Shown in pieces: positions 35,732-48,000 of a stretch of 64,000 nucleotides of DNA (positions are counted from its first letter, which is position 1; each line of letters begins with the position of its first letter). Origin of the DNA: Eremomyces bilateralis CBS 781.70. Taxonomy: Eukaryota. The notes beneath the pieces were generated by a model. The model saw only the letters and a list, made by a program, of their open reading frames with translations. It was not told the origin of the DNA and did no database searches. The DNA is taken from assembly GCA_010015585.1 (NCBI GenBank), contig ML975154.1; one strand, 5' to 3'. A program made the position numbers and the translations under genes.

Positions 35732-37354
35732 ATGCTGTCCGTCCGTGGGCTAAGCGGGTTCTTGTCTCAAGCCGTGGCATGTACCCGTCAAATCGTCCTA
35801 CCACCCAGTAAAACTCAGACATCTCCATCCTCCTCTCGAAGAATCCGTCGCTGGACGTCGACTCTGGTCCCGGCACCTCAAAATGGCGATGGCGGATACG
35901 AAGAATCGCGGCTAAACCCCCCGCCGGAGTCATACGCGTTAACCCCATTCCAAGACAAATGCTCCATCCTCCTGCATGCCGGCGGCGGCGGGCACGGGTG
36001 CATCTCCTTCCTACGCGAGAAGTTCATACCCGAGGGCCCGCCCAATGGCGGTGATGGCGGCAGCGGTGGCAGCATCTTCATCCAGGCGGTCCGAGGCGAG
36101 ACGTCGTTGCATAAGATCGCACGAAAACGACAATACAAGGCCGGGCGCGGGAAGAACGGGCAGGGGAAGGCACGGGGCGGTCAGCGCGGGGACGACCTGC
36201 TCATCACCGTGCCGGTAGGGACGGTGATTCGCGAGATGTGGCGACATGACCCGATGGACGAGGCAGAACACGTCTGGTACCGGTTGAAGCATGCGGAGGG
36301 CGACGAGAAGACGAAGCAGCGGCGGGAGAAATGGCTGGTCTATCCCGGGATGCCGACGTCTGTTTTCGCAACCGCGGAATTCCCCGAGCTGCCGCCGGTG
36401 ACCAAGTCGTCCTTGGTGATGATGCAACCACCGGCACCCATTCGGCTGGATCTGGACGAGCATATGGAGACACCGATGCTGTTGGCGGCGGGGGCATCTG
36501 GGGGTGTGGGCAACCCGCATTTCACATCGCCCGACTTTCCACGGCCGAAGTTCGCGACAAAAGGGGGCGACGGTATGCGACTTCTTCTCCAGCTGGAGCT
36601 CAAGTTGTTGGCAGATGTTGGGCTCGTGGGACTTCCGAACGCGGGGAAGAGCACCCTCCTCCGAGCACTCAGCAACAGCCGCGCAAGAGTGGGCAGTTGG
36701 GCTTTCACGACGCTACAACCGAACATCGGAACCGTCATTCTGGATGACTTGAAAGGCAAACCCACGGCGCCCAACCTTACCAAGGGGGGAAATGTCCGAA
36801 CACGCTTCACGATCGCCGATATACCTGGGCTGGTTGAAGATGCACACCTAGACAAAGGCCTGGGGCTCGACTTCCTGCGTCATGTCGAACGCTCTGCCGT
36901 TCTCGCCTTCACCATCGACCTATCTGCCGGCGACGCAGTCCAAGCGCTCAAGTCGCTCTGGGTTGAAGTGGGCGAGTACGACATGCGGAACGATGCGGAT
37001 TTCAATACCGAAACCGAAGAACGACACGAGCAATGGCGTCCGTCTGTATCAGATTTAAGTTTCGATGGCGAGGGAGTCCCATCCTTCGAGGAAGAGCTGC
37101 CGGCTTTACCTCTCCCTCCGGTCTCATCCAAACCATGGTTCGTGGTAGCCACGAAGGCGGATTTGCCAGGCACGGAAGACAATTATCAGCGGCTACAGGA
37201 GTATCTGGCGGCGCTCACGAGAGGGGACGTGAAGCACCCAAGCAGACGGCAGAATGCATGGAGAAGACGTCCAGTTGCCGTTCCGATTAGCGGCATTCGA
37301 GGAGAGGGTATCGATCGTATACCAGAGGTTGTACTAGACTTGCTAGATAGTTAA
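35732..37354 (+). CDS. MTG2: Mitochondrial Obg-family GTPase
   Basis: Presequence-like N-terminus; Obg fold GGGGHGCISFLREKFIPEGPPNGGDGGSGG; G1 GLPNAGKST, G2 FTTLQP, G3 DIPGL, G4 TKAD. Confidence 0.93.
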   Translation: MLSVRGLSGFLSQAVACTRQIVLPPSKTQTSPSSSRRIRRWTSTLVPAPQNGDGGYEESRLNPPPESYALTPFQDKCSILLHAGGGGHGCISFLREKFIPEGPPNGGDGGSGGSIFIQAVRGETSLHKIARKRQYKAGRGKNGQGKARGGQRGDDLLITVPVGTVIREMWRHDPMDEAEHVWYRLKHAEGDEKTKQRREKWLVYPGMPTSVFATAEFPELPPVTKSSLVMMQPPAPIRLDLDEHMETPMLLAAGASGGVGNPHFTSPDFPRPKFATKGGDGMRLLLQLELKLLADVGLVGLPNAGKSTLLRALSNSRARVGSWAFTTLQPNIGTVILDDLKGKPTAPNLTKGGNVRTRFTIADIPGLVEDAHLDKGLGLDFLRHVERSAVLAFTIDLSAGDAVQALKSLWVEVGEYDMRNDADFNTETEERHEQWRPSVSDLSFDGEGVPSFEEELPALPLPPVSSKPWFVVATKADLPGTEDNYQRLQEYLAALTRGDVKHPSRRQNAWRRRPVAVPISGIRGEGIDRIPEVVLDLLDS

Positions 37355-37564
37355 TAGAAGCATCCCTACTCACTCGAGCAAGTAACATTTTCCCAAACAC
37401 GATTCTCGTGCTGCTGGCATCCCTGATGAATGAGGCGGATCAAGGTAATCCAGCTGCCGATACAGACCATATGTGCACAACGCGTCCAACACGCGACAGT
37501 TCGTGCGGATCAGTTGCCTGGACAAGCCGCCGCATATAAAATCCACTTTCGTCTCGCATTCAAG

Positions 37565-38423
37565 ATGGAGCCCGTCAATCGCACAGAAACAGTGACTCCG
37601 GCACCCGCAATCATCCACGATCCTCCCTCCCTACCCGCATCTCCAAATCCAAAACGAGTCAAATCAACAGACCGCCATTCAGCTACTCAACCAGGTAAGA
37701 ATCCTCCCCCTATAGCCGTGAGTTCTTTCGGAACTCAGGCATCATGTTTTGAATACATTTTATCAATTGGAATCACTAACCCAATGCTAGGCCCTGCCAA
37801 CTCAAGCGGTACTGCGACACCAACGCCTCTCACCGCACCGATACATCTCGACCTCTACCCCCATCATCACACCATGGCCGCCACTCCCGCCGAGATCACA
37901 GCATCCTGTCCTCCGCTGCAGGTGCAGCTTCTCTCAGACAAAGCACGCGCCCCGACACGAGGCAGTGCCTTCGCCGCTGGCTACGACATTTATGGGTACG
38001 TCTTCTCTCAATTGGCACCGAAATATCAAACAACAATAACAATAGACTAACGTCTCCAGTGCCCAAAACTCTATCATCCCCGCCCGCGGCAAAGCCATCA
38101 TCGAAACTGACATCGCCATCGCCGTCCCCGCCGGCACCTATGGCCGCGTCGCCCCGCGCTCCGGCCTCGCGGTGAAGCACAGCATCGACGTCGGCGCGGG
38201 GGTGATCGACGCCGACTACCGCGGGCCGCTGAAGATCCTGCTGTTCAATTTCTCAGACGTAGACTTTGAGGTCAAGGAGGGCGATCGGTTGGCGCAGTTG
38301 GTGGTAGAAAGGATCGTGACACCGGAGGTGGTGGTGGTGGGGGAGTTAGAGAAGACGGTGAGGGGGGTAGGTGGGTTTGGGAGTACCGGGGGGTTTGGGG
38401 GGAATGGCCCGGCGGCGGCGTAG
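37565..38423 (+). CDS. DUT1: dUTP pyrophosphatase, 2 introns (37695-37790 and about 37996-38059)
   Basis: [58 protein letters not shown]-terminal PKRVK is NLS-like. Confidence 0.95.
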
Positions 38424-38627
38424 GTGGGCTTAGCTTTTTAGTATGACATGCCTTTTCGGTTTTGGAAGGAGTATCTGGGGACGGCGAAGGAAGTCTAGGT
38501 GCTTCGAGCATATATAGATCAAAGGAGTACATGGGTATGAGTTTATCATCGTCCTTCCTCTCTCGGAGGCTCTCCAACCCCTCAGCTCCAAACAACCTCG
38601 GTGTTGATTGCCCACAATCCAATACGA

Positions 38628-40056
38628 TTACACGCCAAGTTTCATAGCCTCTATTTCCTCCATTTCCACAGCCCTCGCTTTGAACTTCTCCAAGTGGGGT
38701 GGGTTTCTCAAATCCTCCTGGTTCCGGATCAACCTCACTTCACTCGCCTTCATCTTCGCCAAATGCCTTTCCTTGTCTGCTTTTCCTTCTTCCCGAATCC
38801 CCTGTTCTCTATTGATACCCTGATCCCATGCTGCCATCTCTACTTCCATCGTTTCATACGTCTTCGCCAACACTGCTTGCATACTCGCAAGCACTTTCTC
38901 AGTAGATTTCGCCAACGGCAACTCCGTCGCCGGTACCTCATCCGGCGATTGCCAACGCGCGGTATTCGTGATCGCCGGCTCGGCGTGCGCAACCGCTTCC
39001 CGCAGCCGTGCCACGGTGAGCGCGGCGAACATGTCGCCGGTGCCCGAGAAAAAACACGGGATCGCGGGGATGTCGATCCGGAAGAGACGGGGGGTGTGGT
39101 CCGATTTGGCGGTGGAGCCGACGATGGTCATGGTTGAGGAAACGGTAGAGGGGGGCGGGGTGTGAGAGGGGGTGGTTCGTGCGGATGTCAACGTGGATAA
39201 GTCGCCATCCTTCAGGCGGAGAGAGGTGATGATGATATGCGGGATTTGGTACTCTCGGTGGAGTTTTTCGACAGCTTGGGTGAGATCGCTTATGGAATTG
39301 ATGGTGGACTCGGAGAGAAGTCTATATGGTTAGACTTGGACGTCTAGACGGGAGATGTGAGACATACTCGACTTCAAACTGGTTCGGGAGTATCAGGTCT
39401 GCTTCGCGTAGCAGTGACCGATAGACGGGTACTTCATCTTCTGGGATGTACAACCTGCCTTCATCGCCCATCACCGGGTCCATCACTCCTTCAGTTAACC
39501 TCAGCACCAGGTCGACGCAGGTTCAATACGTACCCCAGAAAAAGGACCCAGGATTCATCATCGAGCGTAACCGGAGTTCTCGTCCGATCTTCCCGACGGT
39601 CGCTACTCCCTCGGCACTAGGAATATATCCCGACAGCAAGACATCGAAATCATCGAGGTGGGATTGCTTGAGGCCTTCAAACAGCTCTGCTATTTGCTCT
39701 GCGGAGGTTTTGGTTCCCTTGATTTGCTTGTATGCGGTATGATTGCCTATAGCGAAGACGCCGTTAGATCTATCCCCGGCACATCGTGGAGACGGATACT
39801 TGCTGTAGTGGACGGTATTAATCGCGGAGACTTCGCAGCCGAGTAGCTGGAGAACGAAAGTGGCCATGGTATTTCCAACGTAGCTGAGAACGACATTGTC
39901 AGAGCCGTTACGAATGGCAATTGGTATTTGAGTTCTCACCCATAGGTGACCTGCAAACTGTTAATATACCGAAGCGGATATATACTTTCGGCGCTGTCTT
40001 ACATGGCTAGCGATAGCCAGGACCTTGGTCTCCGGCACCAGTGTCAGGGCGGACAT
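38628..40056 (-). CDS. BUD16: Pyridoxal kinase, multi-exon
   Basis: VPETKVLAIASH; YVGNTMATFVLQLLGCEV; NHTAY; LLSGYIP; DPVMGDEGRLY; ILPNQFE; FSGTGDMFAAL. Confidence 0.93.
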
Positions 40057-40647
40057 CGTCTATTTACTTTCAGGTCTATGACCCGTTAATCTATCAGGAG
40101 TATGTATAACAAATTCCAAAGGCCAGCATTAAAAATATTAAGGGAAATATCACCTCGCCGAACCTGGGAAGTCGATGAGTCGAATAGCACTTACCATCTT
40201 TGTCACACTTCCATCGAACAGAAAAACGAAGGGTTCGGGCCGAGCCGATCGGCCGATGCTGGGATTCTCGGTCCACCTGCCGAGAGTGTGGTCCGAAATA
40301 TCACGGGTAGAGAGAGGAAGTTCTTGAGGGATTTCCACCAATACAGTAATAGAGTTAAGTCTCAGCATGTGTATACTTAGTAGCCAGTGAATGGCTAGGA
40401 CAGCAGAGATAGCCATCAGGCGAACTCCTGCTACACGTTTCCACCAATTTAGGACCGATGGTCATTGAAACTACTAACTCCTATAGCCTCAAGCCCCTAC
40501 AAGATGGCAGAAATATATCTCATCAGTCTAGTTTAAGGAAATACTGTATACCAATGCACCCAACTCCACCCATCACGCTTCGATAGGTCTCAGTCTGAAG
40601 TCGCTTCCAAATCGTCAATCATCAGAGAGTGTATGCTACTCCGATGC

Positions 40648-41331
40648 TTAATGGCACGCAACCGACTTCGTCGATGAAGAGCTGGCAAAAGCCATATAGC
40701 CAAGAAATGCGCCCACCGCAACAGCTAGCATCACCCAGCCATTGTATGTCATGAAGAGAAGCCTGAACGGTCAGCTCGACCCATCCCGTAGGACATTGCC
40801 ATTCCCACTTACATTATGAAGAACGAGTAGAACACTTGCACGGCATAAAATAACCCTTTGACCAACTTCGCTTTCTTCTCTTCTTGCACAACCGATCTTC
40901 CTAGCCACGGGAATGAGCGCGGTTCGTTATCAGGATCGCCTTCGGAGAGGAACAACTGTCTCAGCACGGGGCGTCCTAAAGAATACGAGGGGGGTCGCGG
41001 TTCTCGAGAAGTGCTCAAAGGCAGTGTCGAGCGGTGTCCACTCACTATGTAAAGCCTCTATCCGCCGCTCCGATCGTGCCTCATATCTCCTCGCGAGCTC
41101 TCGGACAAGCTCATAGCCTGCGGTGAGCAGGATGACGCCGACGAGGGCGCCGATTAGGGAAGCGGTGTTGTGGACGCGCCAGCTTTTGAAGATTATGCAG
41201 AGGTTGTTTGTGTCCCATGTGAACAGCATCTATATTATGGATTGTCAAAGGTGGCGGGGGAGACAAACAAAGCGGGGGCTTACATTCATGCTGCACATGG
41301 GCGAGTCATGTCCCTTGTGTCCGTGGTCCAT
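40648..41331 (-). CDS. CTR2: Ctr-family copper transporter (Ctr2/vacuolar type), multi-exon
   Basis: MDHGHKGHDSPMCSMN|MLFTWDTNNLCIIFKSW; YELVR; YAVQVFYSFFIM|LLFMTYNGW (MxxxM motif); C-terminal ACH*. Confidence 0.88.
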
Positions 41332-42719
41332 TTTGAAATTTATGAGGTCGTCGGATTGTCAAGATGCAGTAACAGAAGGTAGTAGAGCAGGAAACTAATG
41401 TATTTAGTAGTGGTATGGTTTGGAGCTGGTTAAGGGATCATTCGAGATGCATGTTGTGATCGGACGACCGATGAGGCGGACGAGACGAGTCAGACGTGAG
41501 ACGACAGTGATGATGGTGCACGGACCTCGTATATCAAGCTTCTCCTCCCTAAGTTCTATCTCCCTCTCTAACTTGACTTCTTTGAAGCACTTTTCGTGGA
41601 TGTACGATTATGTACACAGATCTATTGCTGCTGGCAAGTTTTGTAAGGGGTTCACAAATTGGGCTTGTCACATGACACATCGATTCTAATATTATGTCCA
41701 CTTTCCACAGTCCTCCCAGGTATCTAAGTCTGTCCCTACCACCTACTATTAGTACAACAGAAGTCCCTGGTCGAATTGACCTAGAAGGAGGTAGCCAAAT
41801 GAGTGAGATATGTCAACATACGAAAAAGCAAAAGCTTGTCCACCTCGGTAGTGACCCTGAAACCCAAACGAAGGTTTACGAATTATTTTTCTATGGCACT
41901 CTGGAGAAATACTCAAGGCACTAATTCAGGACCGATTTTGTTATGTGATGCTAGCCCCTGGAATCGAAACCGCGTACACAGGATTCGAACCCACGTACAC
42001 ATTTTACAAGAGAAACCCGGCCTGCGTGTCGAAACTTGAGAACATGATGCGAAACTGATGCACCACACTCCAAAGCCACCCACATACAACTGGATTGGTA
42101 GATTGGGGGATATAAATCGAAACTGCTTTTGCCCTGGATTCATATGTCTCCTAGTCACCGAGTTCACCTTCCTATCTGCAATTTGTTTGTTTATCAGTCA
42201 TCATCTGTTGACTTGGCCTCGTTATCCATGTCTAGATGTCTAACTGCAGTATTTACTTTTGCGCAACCATCTCACAAGCGTATACATGGTGTCCTCTATT
42301 CTACTGTCCTTTTCTATCATCCTAGTTCCGACATCGACTAGAACAAGTCAGCAAGTGAGCGTCCTCCGTCCTCTCTCGGTATCTGGATTTTTCTGGTGGT
42401 TTTCATGAATGTTTCACATGCTATCTTCTCATCACTCTTATTATGTCTAGTTCAGTCGACCGAATAGCTACTCGTTAGTATTTAATAAGGGCCTACCTCG
42501 CTCCTTCCCGTCAACCAACCATACAGTAGTGGCGCCGTAACGTCAGGCACGATCACATTTCCTATTGATGCTCACGTTTAGTTTACTCTCAAGATACCTA
42601 TACTTGCTCTCAATTGCCATAACAGTGTAATGCATGCACCGCCACTGTAGTCAATATTGATATATTCAAACAGTACCCAAAGTCCCTACTATTTACCTTG
42701 ATTCATCCCCGTCCACGCG

Positions 42720-43699
42720 ATGTATGAATTCGACGCTTGCTATGAATCTCTAGGGCAAGACCACCGCGGCGTCGAAGAGCTTGTCGCCTTGTCATGTGAC
42801 GTTAGAGAACCCGATCACTCTTCATATCGACAAGATCGCTTCCGCCTCGTCTTTCGACTTAGCGATAATCGTTGCTTATTCCTGTCCTCACGCCCCTATA
42901 TTCACCGGAATGATGATACGTTACGTCCCCTGCGACTAGTACTCGACTGTAACGCGGGAACGTCGCCCGATGTATATAGTCACCGGCTGCTAGGCGGGTG
43001 CGCCTCGCCATTGATCCCTCATTCGGTCTGGAGACGAACTACTGTTAGTCGAATCGTGTCCTTCATCAAGACGCAAGTGCTGTGGTTTACCGTCCATATG
43101 AGATAGACACGACTGGACGGTTATTCCTGTAAGCATGGATATTAAGCCAACCGTTAACCCGCACCTAATAGGAATTCAGGTTCTCGATCATCCGTCAATT
43201 GACATATGAAGCCGTAGTATGCTTCCCGGAGGGAAGGGAAATGACATTGGCCAAGTTCAAGAACTTCTTTTCCCGAAAGTTTCATGAGGATGGGATTCAT
43301 CAACACGGTCCTCTGGGCAGCGGCATTTTCGAAAAGTCTACTAGGATTGGCATTTTCGAAAGAGAGACGCCGATTTGTACATGCGGTGATGAAAACGGAC
43401 AACCTGTGAAAGCCGAGAATTGGTCCCCGTCCATGGTGGTTGGGATGCCCGAACACCCAAATTCCCAACTGTGGCCATTCTTGCGCTCACGCTTGCCAAT
43501 ATCCGCCGTCACGTCGGAACCTAAACAGCAGAAACAAGAAAGCGCTTTAGACGTTGGCGAAAACAATGAGCAGAGTCCACGCTTGCCAACACTCGCCACC
43601 AGGTCGAAACCTAAATGGAAGAGACGAGGGAGTGCTTTAGACGCTGGCGATGACAATACGGAGAAGCCACGCGTGCTCCGATCTACATCTCGAGTGTGA
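42720..43699 (+). CDS. Orphan hypothetical protein or pseudogene (two ORFs, possibly joined by an intron)
   Basis: ORFs 42720..43106 and 43199..43699 with GTAAGC...CTAATAG between them. Internal duplication SALDVGENNEQSPR / SALDAGDDNTEKPR. Confidence 0.35.
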
Positions 43700-45095
43700 T
43701 AGTGTCACCGTCTTTATTACAAACAAGTAAGATATCACACTACCAACCCATGCATTATTTTGGGTGTATTAGACTGGCCGCCTTTGTGTTCGCCCTGACC
43801 TTTCAAAGTCATTGGGACTTAGCACGGTTCTTCTTCCAGCAAACCTGACGATCTCCTACTGTCCAAATCGAACTCGCGAAATATTATTATCATTACTTCC
43901 AATGTCTCGCCTCTACTTCCAGTGTCTTACCTCTAATTCCAATGACCTACCTCTAACTGCCAGTGTCTTCCCTCTGAACTCTCCCTTACTTGTGTAGCAA
44001 CCAAAGGTTGTAATAAGACAGTAGTATGCCCCTCTATCAACCGCAGCGTGCATGCCCCTATATATCCCACTGAGCCGACTGATCCCACCGTCCATTTCTT
44101 GTTCACCATCAAACTACCTTAGCACCATGGACATCCACTCCTCATCCAATCTCGACTACCTGCACAACCCCTGCCTCGTCAAGGATATCTTCATCGCCTG
44201 CTACGACGCAACCCCCCGTTTTACTCGAAATCTCCTATCCCCACAAGCTCCCCTCCCGCAACCTGTTCGTCCTCATCCTACATCTCAGAGAGGGTGCGCT
44301 GATCCGGCTTGTTCTTCTCCCAAAGGGCCCCTGTGGCCCTTCCGGTGTGATCCAAGGGATGCGCGTCGAAGAAATCGAGACGTTGAGCTCTGGCACGGGG
44401 GCGCCGCGCCGAGTGTGTATCGGCCCTCCGTCTCGCTTTTATCCTTCATGGCTCGGTCATATGGCCGCCTGCTGGGGCCGATTGTCGTGAGCGTTGGGAT
44501 TATCATCGGAAGAATCTGGTGGGTGAACGAGACGCGGGGTGATTATGGGTTGAGTGGCTACTACGGTCGAAGCAGGATGTATGCGAGTCGGATATATTGA
44601 CGTCACGTCCTCGGAGGTTTTTGCTGACTTTGTTAGATACCCGACCTTGAACGCATTGAACGCTGGAATAATTCTGATGGCTGAGTCGAACGATCCCTCC
44701 TCATTCCTATCTAAGAAGTACGGCTCGGAAGTCGTTACTCCATGGCCGCGAGCGGAGTAAGATTCGGTAATATCCAGACTACGGAGATTTCCACACTATG
44801 GAGTGCCGCCCATCGATCAATTGACGGGGACACATAGAGTGCAGTTATGCAGAATGAAATGCCATTGATATGCGACTCTAACATGATCCTATCCCACATG
44901 TGTAATCCTACGCCGCCTCTATCACATACATACGACCGGGTATTCGCCGCTTACACACGTCCCCGCGAATGAATTACACACCGTAGCGAGCTCCGTCATC
45001 CTACCGTAACGTCCTCCATCGCCTAATGCTACTCATGGCTTCGAACTGGAAACGGTCCCAATACCCTGAAAACGATATGTATGATTCAGTTCCGT

Positions 45096-48000
45096 CTACG
45101 CGAAATAGCTCTTCCACAACACGCCTTCCAAATCCGCCAGCTGCTCCGGCTCGAACGCCTATAAAACCCCGTTAGTTCCAATTCCCAAAGTGCAATATCG
45201 CAACGAAAAAAAAAGAAAGAGATGAAAACAAGTAAGGGAAAAAACTCACCTTAACATCCACATGCCACGTATCCTGCCGTGTCTTTTTAAAATCCGCCAA
45301 AATCCCCTTCACGCTCTTCCCCACCGTCCCTCCATCTCCACTCGCCTTCGTTGCCAACGTCGCCAACACTTCCGGCAACCACCCCGGCGGCGGACTATGG
45401 TACGGAAACGCCTGCACCAGCGCCCCCAAACCCAACACCGCCGCGTGCCGCCCGATGGTCGTCTGCGCCTGCGCGGGCGTCGGCGTCCCGGGGACCCTCC
45501 GCTTCGGCAGCGGATTCGCGGCGAGCATCTCGGAGAAGCGGGCCTTGAGGGTTTTCACGACGGCGTCGCGCTTGGCGATTGGGGAGCAGCGGATCATGCC
45601 GGAGAGGGTGGTCGAGGCGCCGAGGCGGACTTCGTATTGAGGGTCGCGGAGCATAGCGGAGACACTATCGAAGAGGGTTTGCTGGTGGGCGGGGGACATG
45701 AGGAAGAGTTCGCGGTAGAAGAGGACTTGGATATTGATAAGGATGCGAAGACGCTGGTGCCAGGAGGAGGCGGTGTTGCCGATGGAGATGAGGGAGGCGA
45801 TGAAGGGGCCGTCTTCGCCCGCGCGGTGGGGGACGTTGGCGATTTGCTTGTAGACGTGGTATGCGAGGGATTGGAGCTCTTGATCTTCTTTGATGTCCAT
45901 CATGTGGAGGAGCTCGACCGTCAGCTGCGTGGGGATGAACGGGATCAATTCCGTGCACTCGAACGACGTGAGTGCCGAGTCCAGCCACAGAAGCACCGTC
46001 TTGCCGCCTTGCGTGTACGACGACGGCGACTGTTGTCCCGGTTGGCGCTCTGCCCGCCACTTTTGCAGGCGCTCGAAGATGTCGTTCATGGTTGCCGTGA
46101 ACTCCTCGGTGGGCTTATATGGCTGTAACCCAATTGACCCCGCCTCTTTCTGCGCGTTCACTAACGCCGTCACATTAGGATACGACTCATGATACCGCGT
46201 CCGATAGATCGTCGCTAGCGTCTGCCCCATCGCCTCGCGGACACCCTTATATGGATGATCCAGATGTGCCAAGAAATCTTCGAGGATCGGCTTCTCCAGC
46301 TGGAAATGCCACCCTGTCTCCAGAATGCACTGTTGCAGCGCCTGAATCTTCGAGCTCTCCTTGAACGCTGCGTTCGACGACATGTCCAGCTTGAAGCTCG
46401 CCAACCAGTCCACCAGCGGCCACGCCCGACGCGGATCCTTCGACTGGAATGCCACGTGCAGGAACGTCTGCCAGTACGACGACGTCTCGGGCGACAGCCC
46501 GTCGCGCAGGATGCCGCGCACGATCGGGAACGCGTACTCCCAGATCTCCACCTTCTGCTCCTTGGGTAGGTAGTCCGCGCATGAGATCAGTCCGCCCATG
46601 ATCTCCGCAGTCGCGCGATGCTGGTGCTTGTCGCTGCCGTCGCCGAACACCGTGCCGCTAAGCTCCTGGATATCCGCAAATGTTGCAGTCGTGAGACCCG
46701 CGAACACGAGCTCGAACGCCGCGGACAGGGTGTACGCGGACGACACGCGGAACCGGTCGCTGTGCGGATCGCGCGGCTCCTGCTTGATGTATGAGAAGTA
46801 CGTCGAGAACCACACCCGATCGAGATGCTTCGCGATCGTCTTCCGTACCTTATCCTCCACGTCGTCGAACTCCAGCGCCGGGCGATCGGGCAGAAACCCG
46901 GTGATCTCCTTCTCCCAGACGAGCCACCCGCAATGGTCCCAATCGATGTAGAAATTCACGTCCGGCTGCGCGAACCGCTTCAGGAAGCTCTCCGTCCAGT
47001 GCGGATCCGACGAGTTCGTCGGCGCCTGCACCATATCCGGCACGTCCTCTTTTAGGAGTAGCCAGTTCTTGTAGCTGTGCTTCGCCACTGCCCGTGTCTG
47101 CACGAGCCCGAACAGCGCTAGCAGCGCCCCGGAATATAGCGACCGCAGGCTCGGATGCTGGTCGACGGCGCCCTTCGCCAGCATCTCGATGAGCGGCTCG
47201 CTCGCGATGAACTCGAACCGCATGCCGAGATTGATCACGATGGCGGCCGCGCGGGACGCTTTCTTCCAGTGCGCCGTCTTCGCGACCTCGAGCAACTCGG
47301 CCGCGAGCTTCGCTTTGCGCCCTTCGATCTTTTGCCGCTTACCCGCGATCTTGTCGCCGCGCCGCTGGATCTTCACCGTCATGCGCTCGACGTGTTGCTC
47401 GTCCGCGTCCGTGGTCGTCAGCAGATCCTTCACGATATCCGCGTCGACGATGACCATGCGATCGGTGGGCTTCCCCATGTCCATGATGGGGAACGCGGCG
47501 TTCGCGGCGAGTTTCTGCACGGACGGCTTGTCGACGCCGGTGACCTCGACAAAGCACTTGATGAGCCGCGGGGTGAAGCGCCAGTCTTTACTGATGGTCT
47601 TAGCGAGGGAGCCGAATAAGAGGGAGTAGATGACGCCCTTGATGCGCGGGTAGTCTTGCGCGGCGATGGCCGTTTCGAGGGTGTCGAGGAGCGGAGGGAC
47701 GACGAGGGGACGGGATCCGATGACGCATTTGACGGCGTTTTCGTTGGCGGATTGGGCGGTGCGGCGGATGTCGGTGTAGAGGGAGACACTGGACTTGGCG
47801 AGATCGAGGAGGAGCATCTCGTCGAGCTTGGTACGGAGGCGGGGGTTGGCGTTGTGTCTCAGTCGTTGGAGGTGGTAGACGTTTGCTCGTCTTGCTAGCA
47901 GCGGCCTGGGATATTCCTTCCGTATTCCACTGAACTTGAACGGCAGGATATCTGCCGAGTAGAGCCTCGACACACGATCCAGGACATGAGCCGACCTCTC

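Noticed and set aside
21293..41331. BNA1, niiA, BUD16 and CTR2 as a cofactor/nitrogen gene cluster
   Set aside because: They are interspersed with unrelated genes and share no evident pathway or common promoter motif.
44052..44760. ORFs 44052..44600 and 44554..44760
   Set aside because: No recognisable domain and no consistent splice model; may be an orphan gene but cannot be supported.
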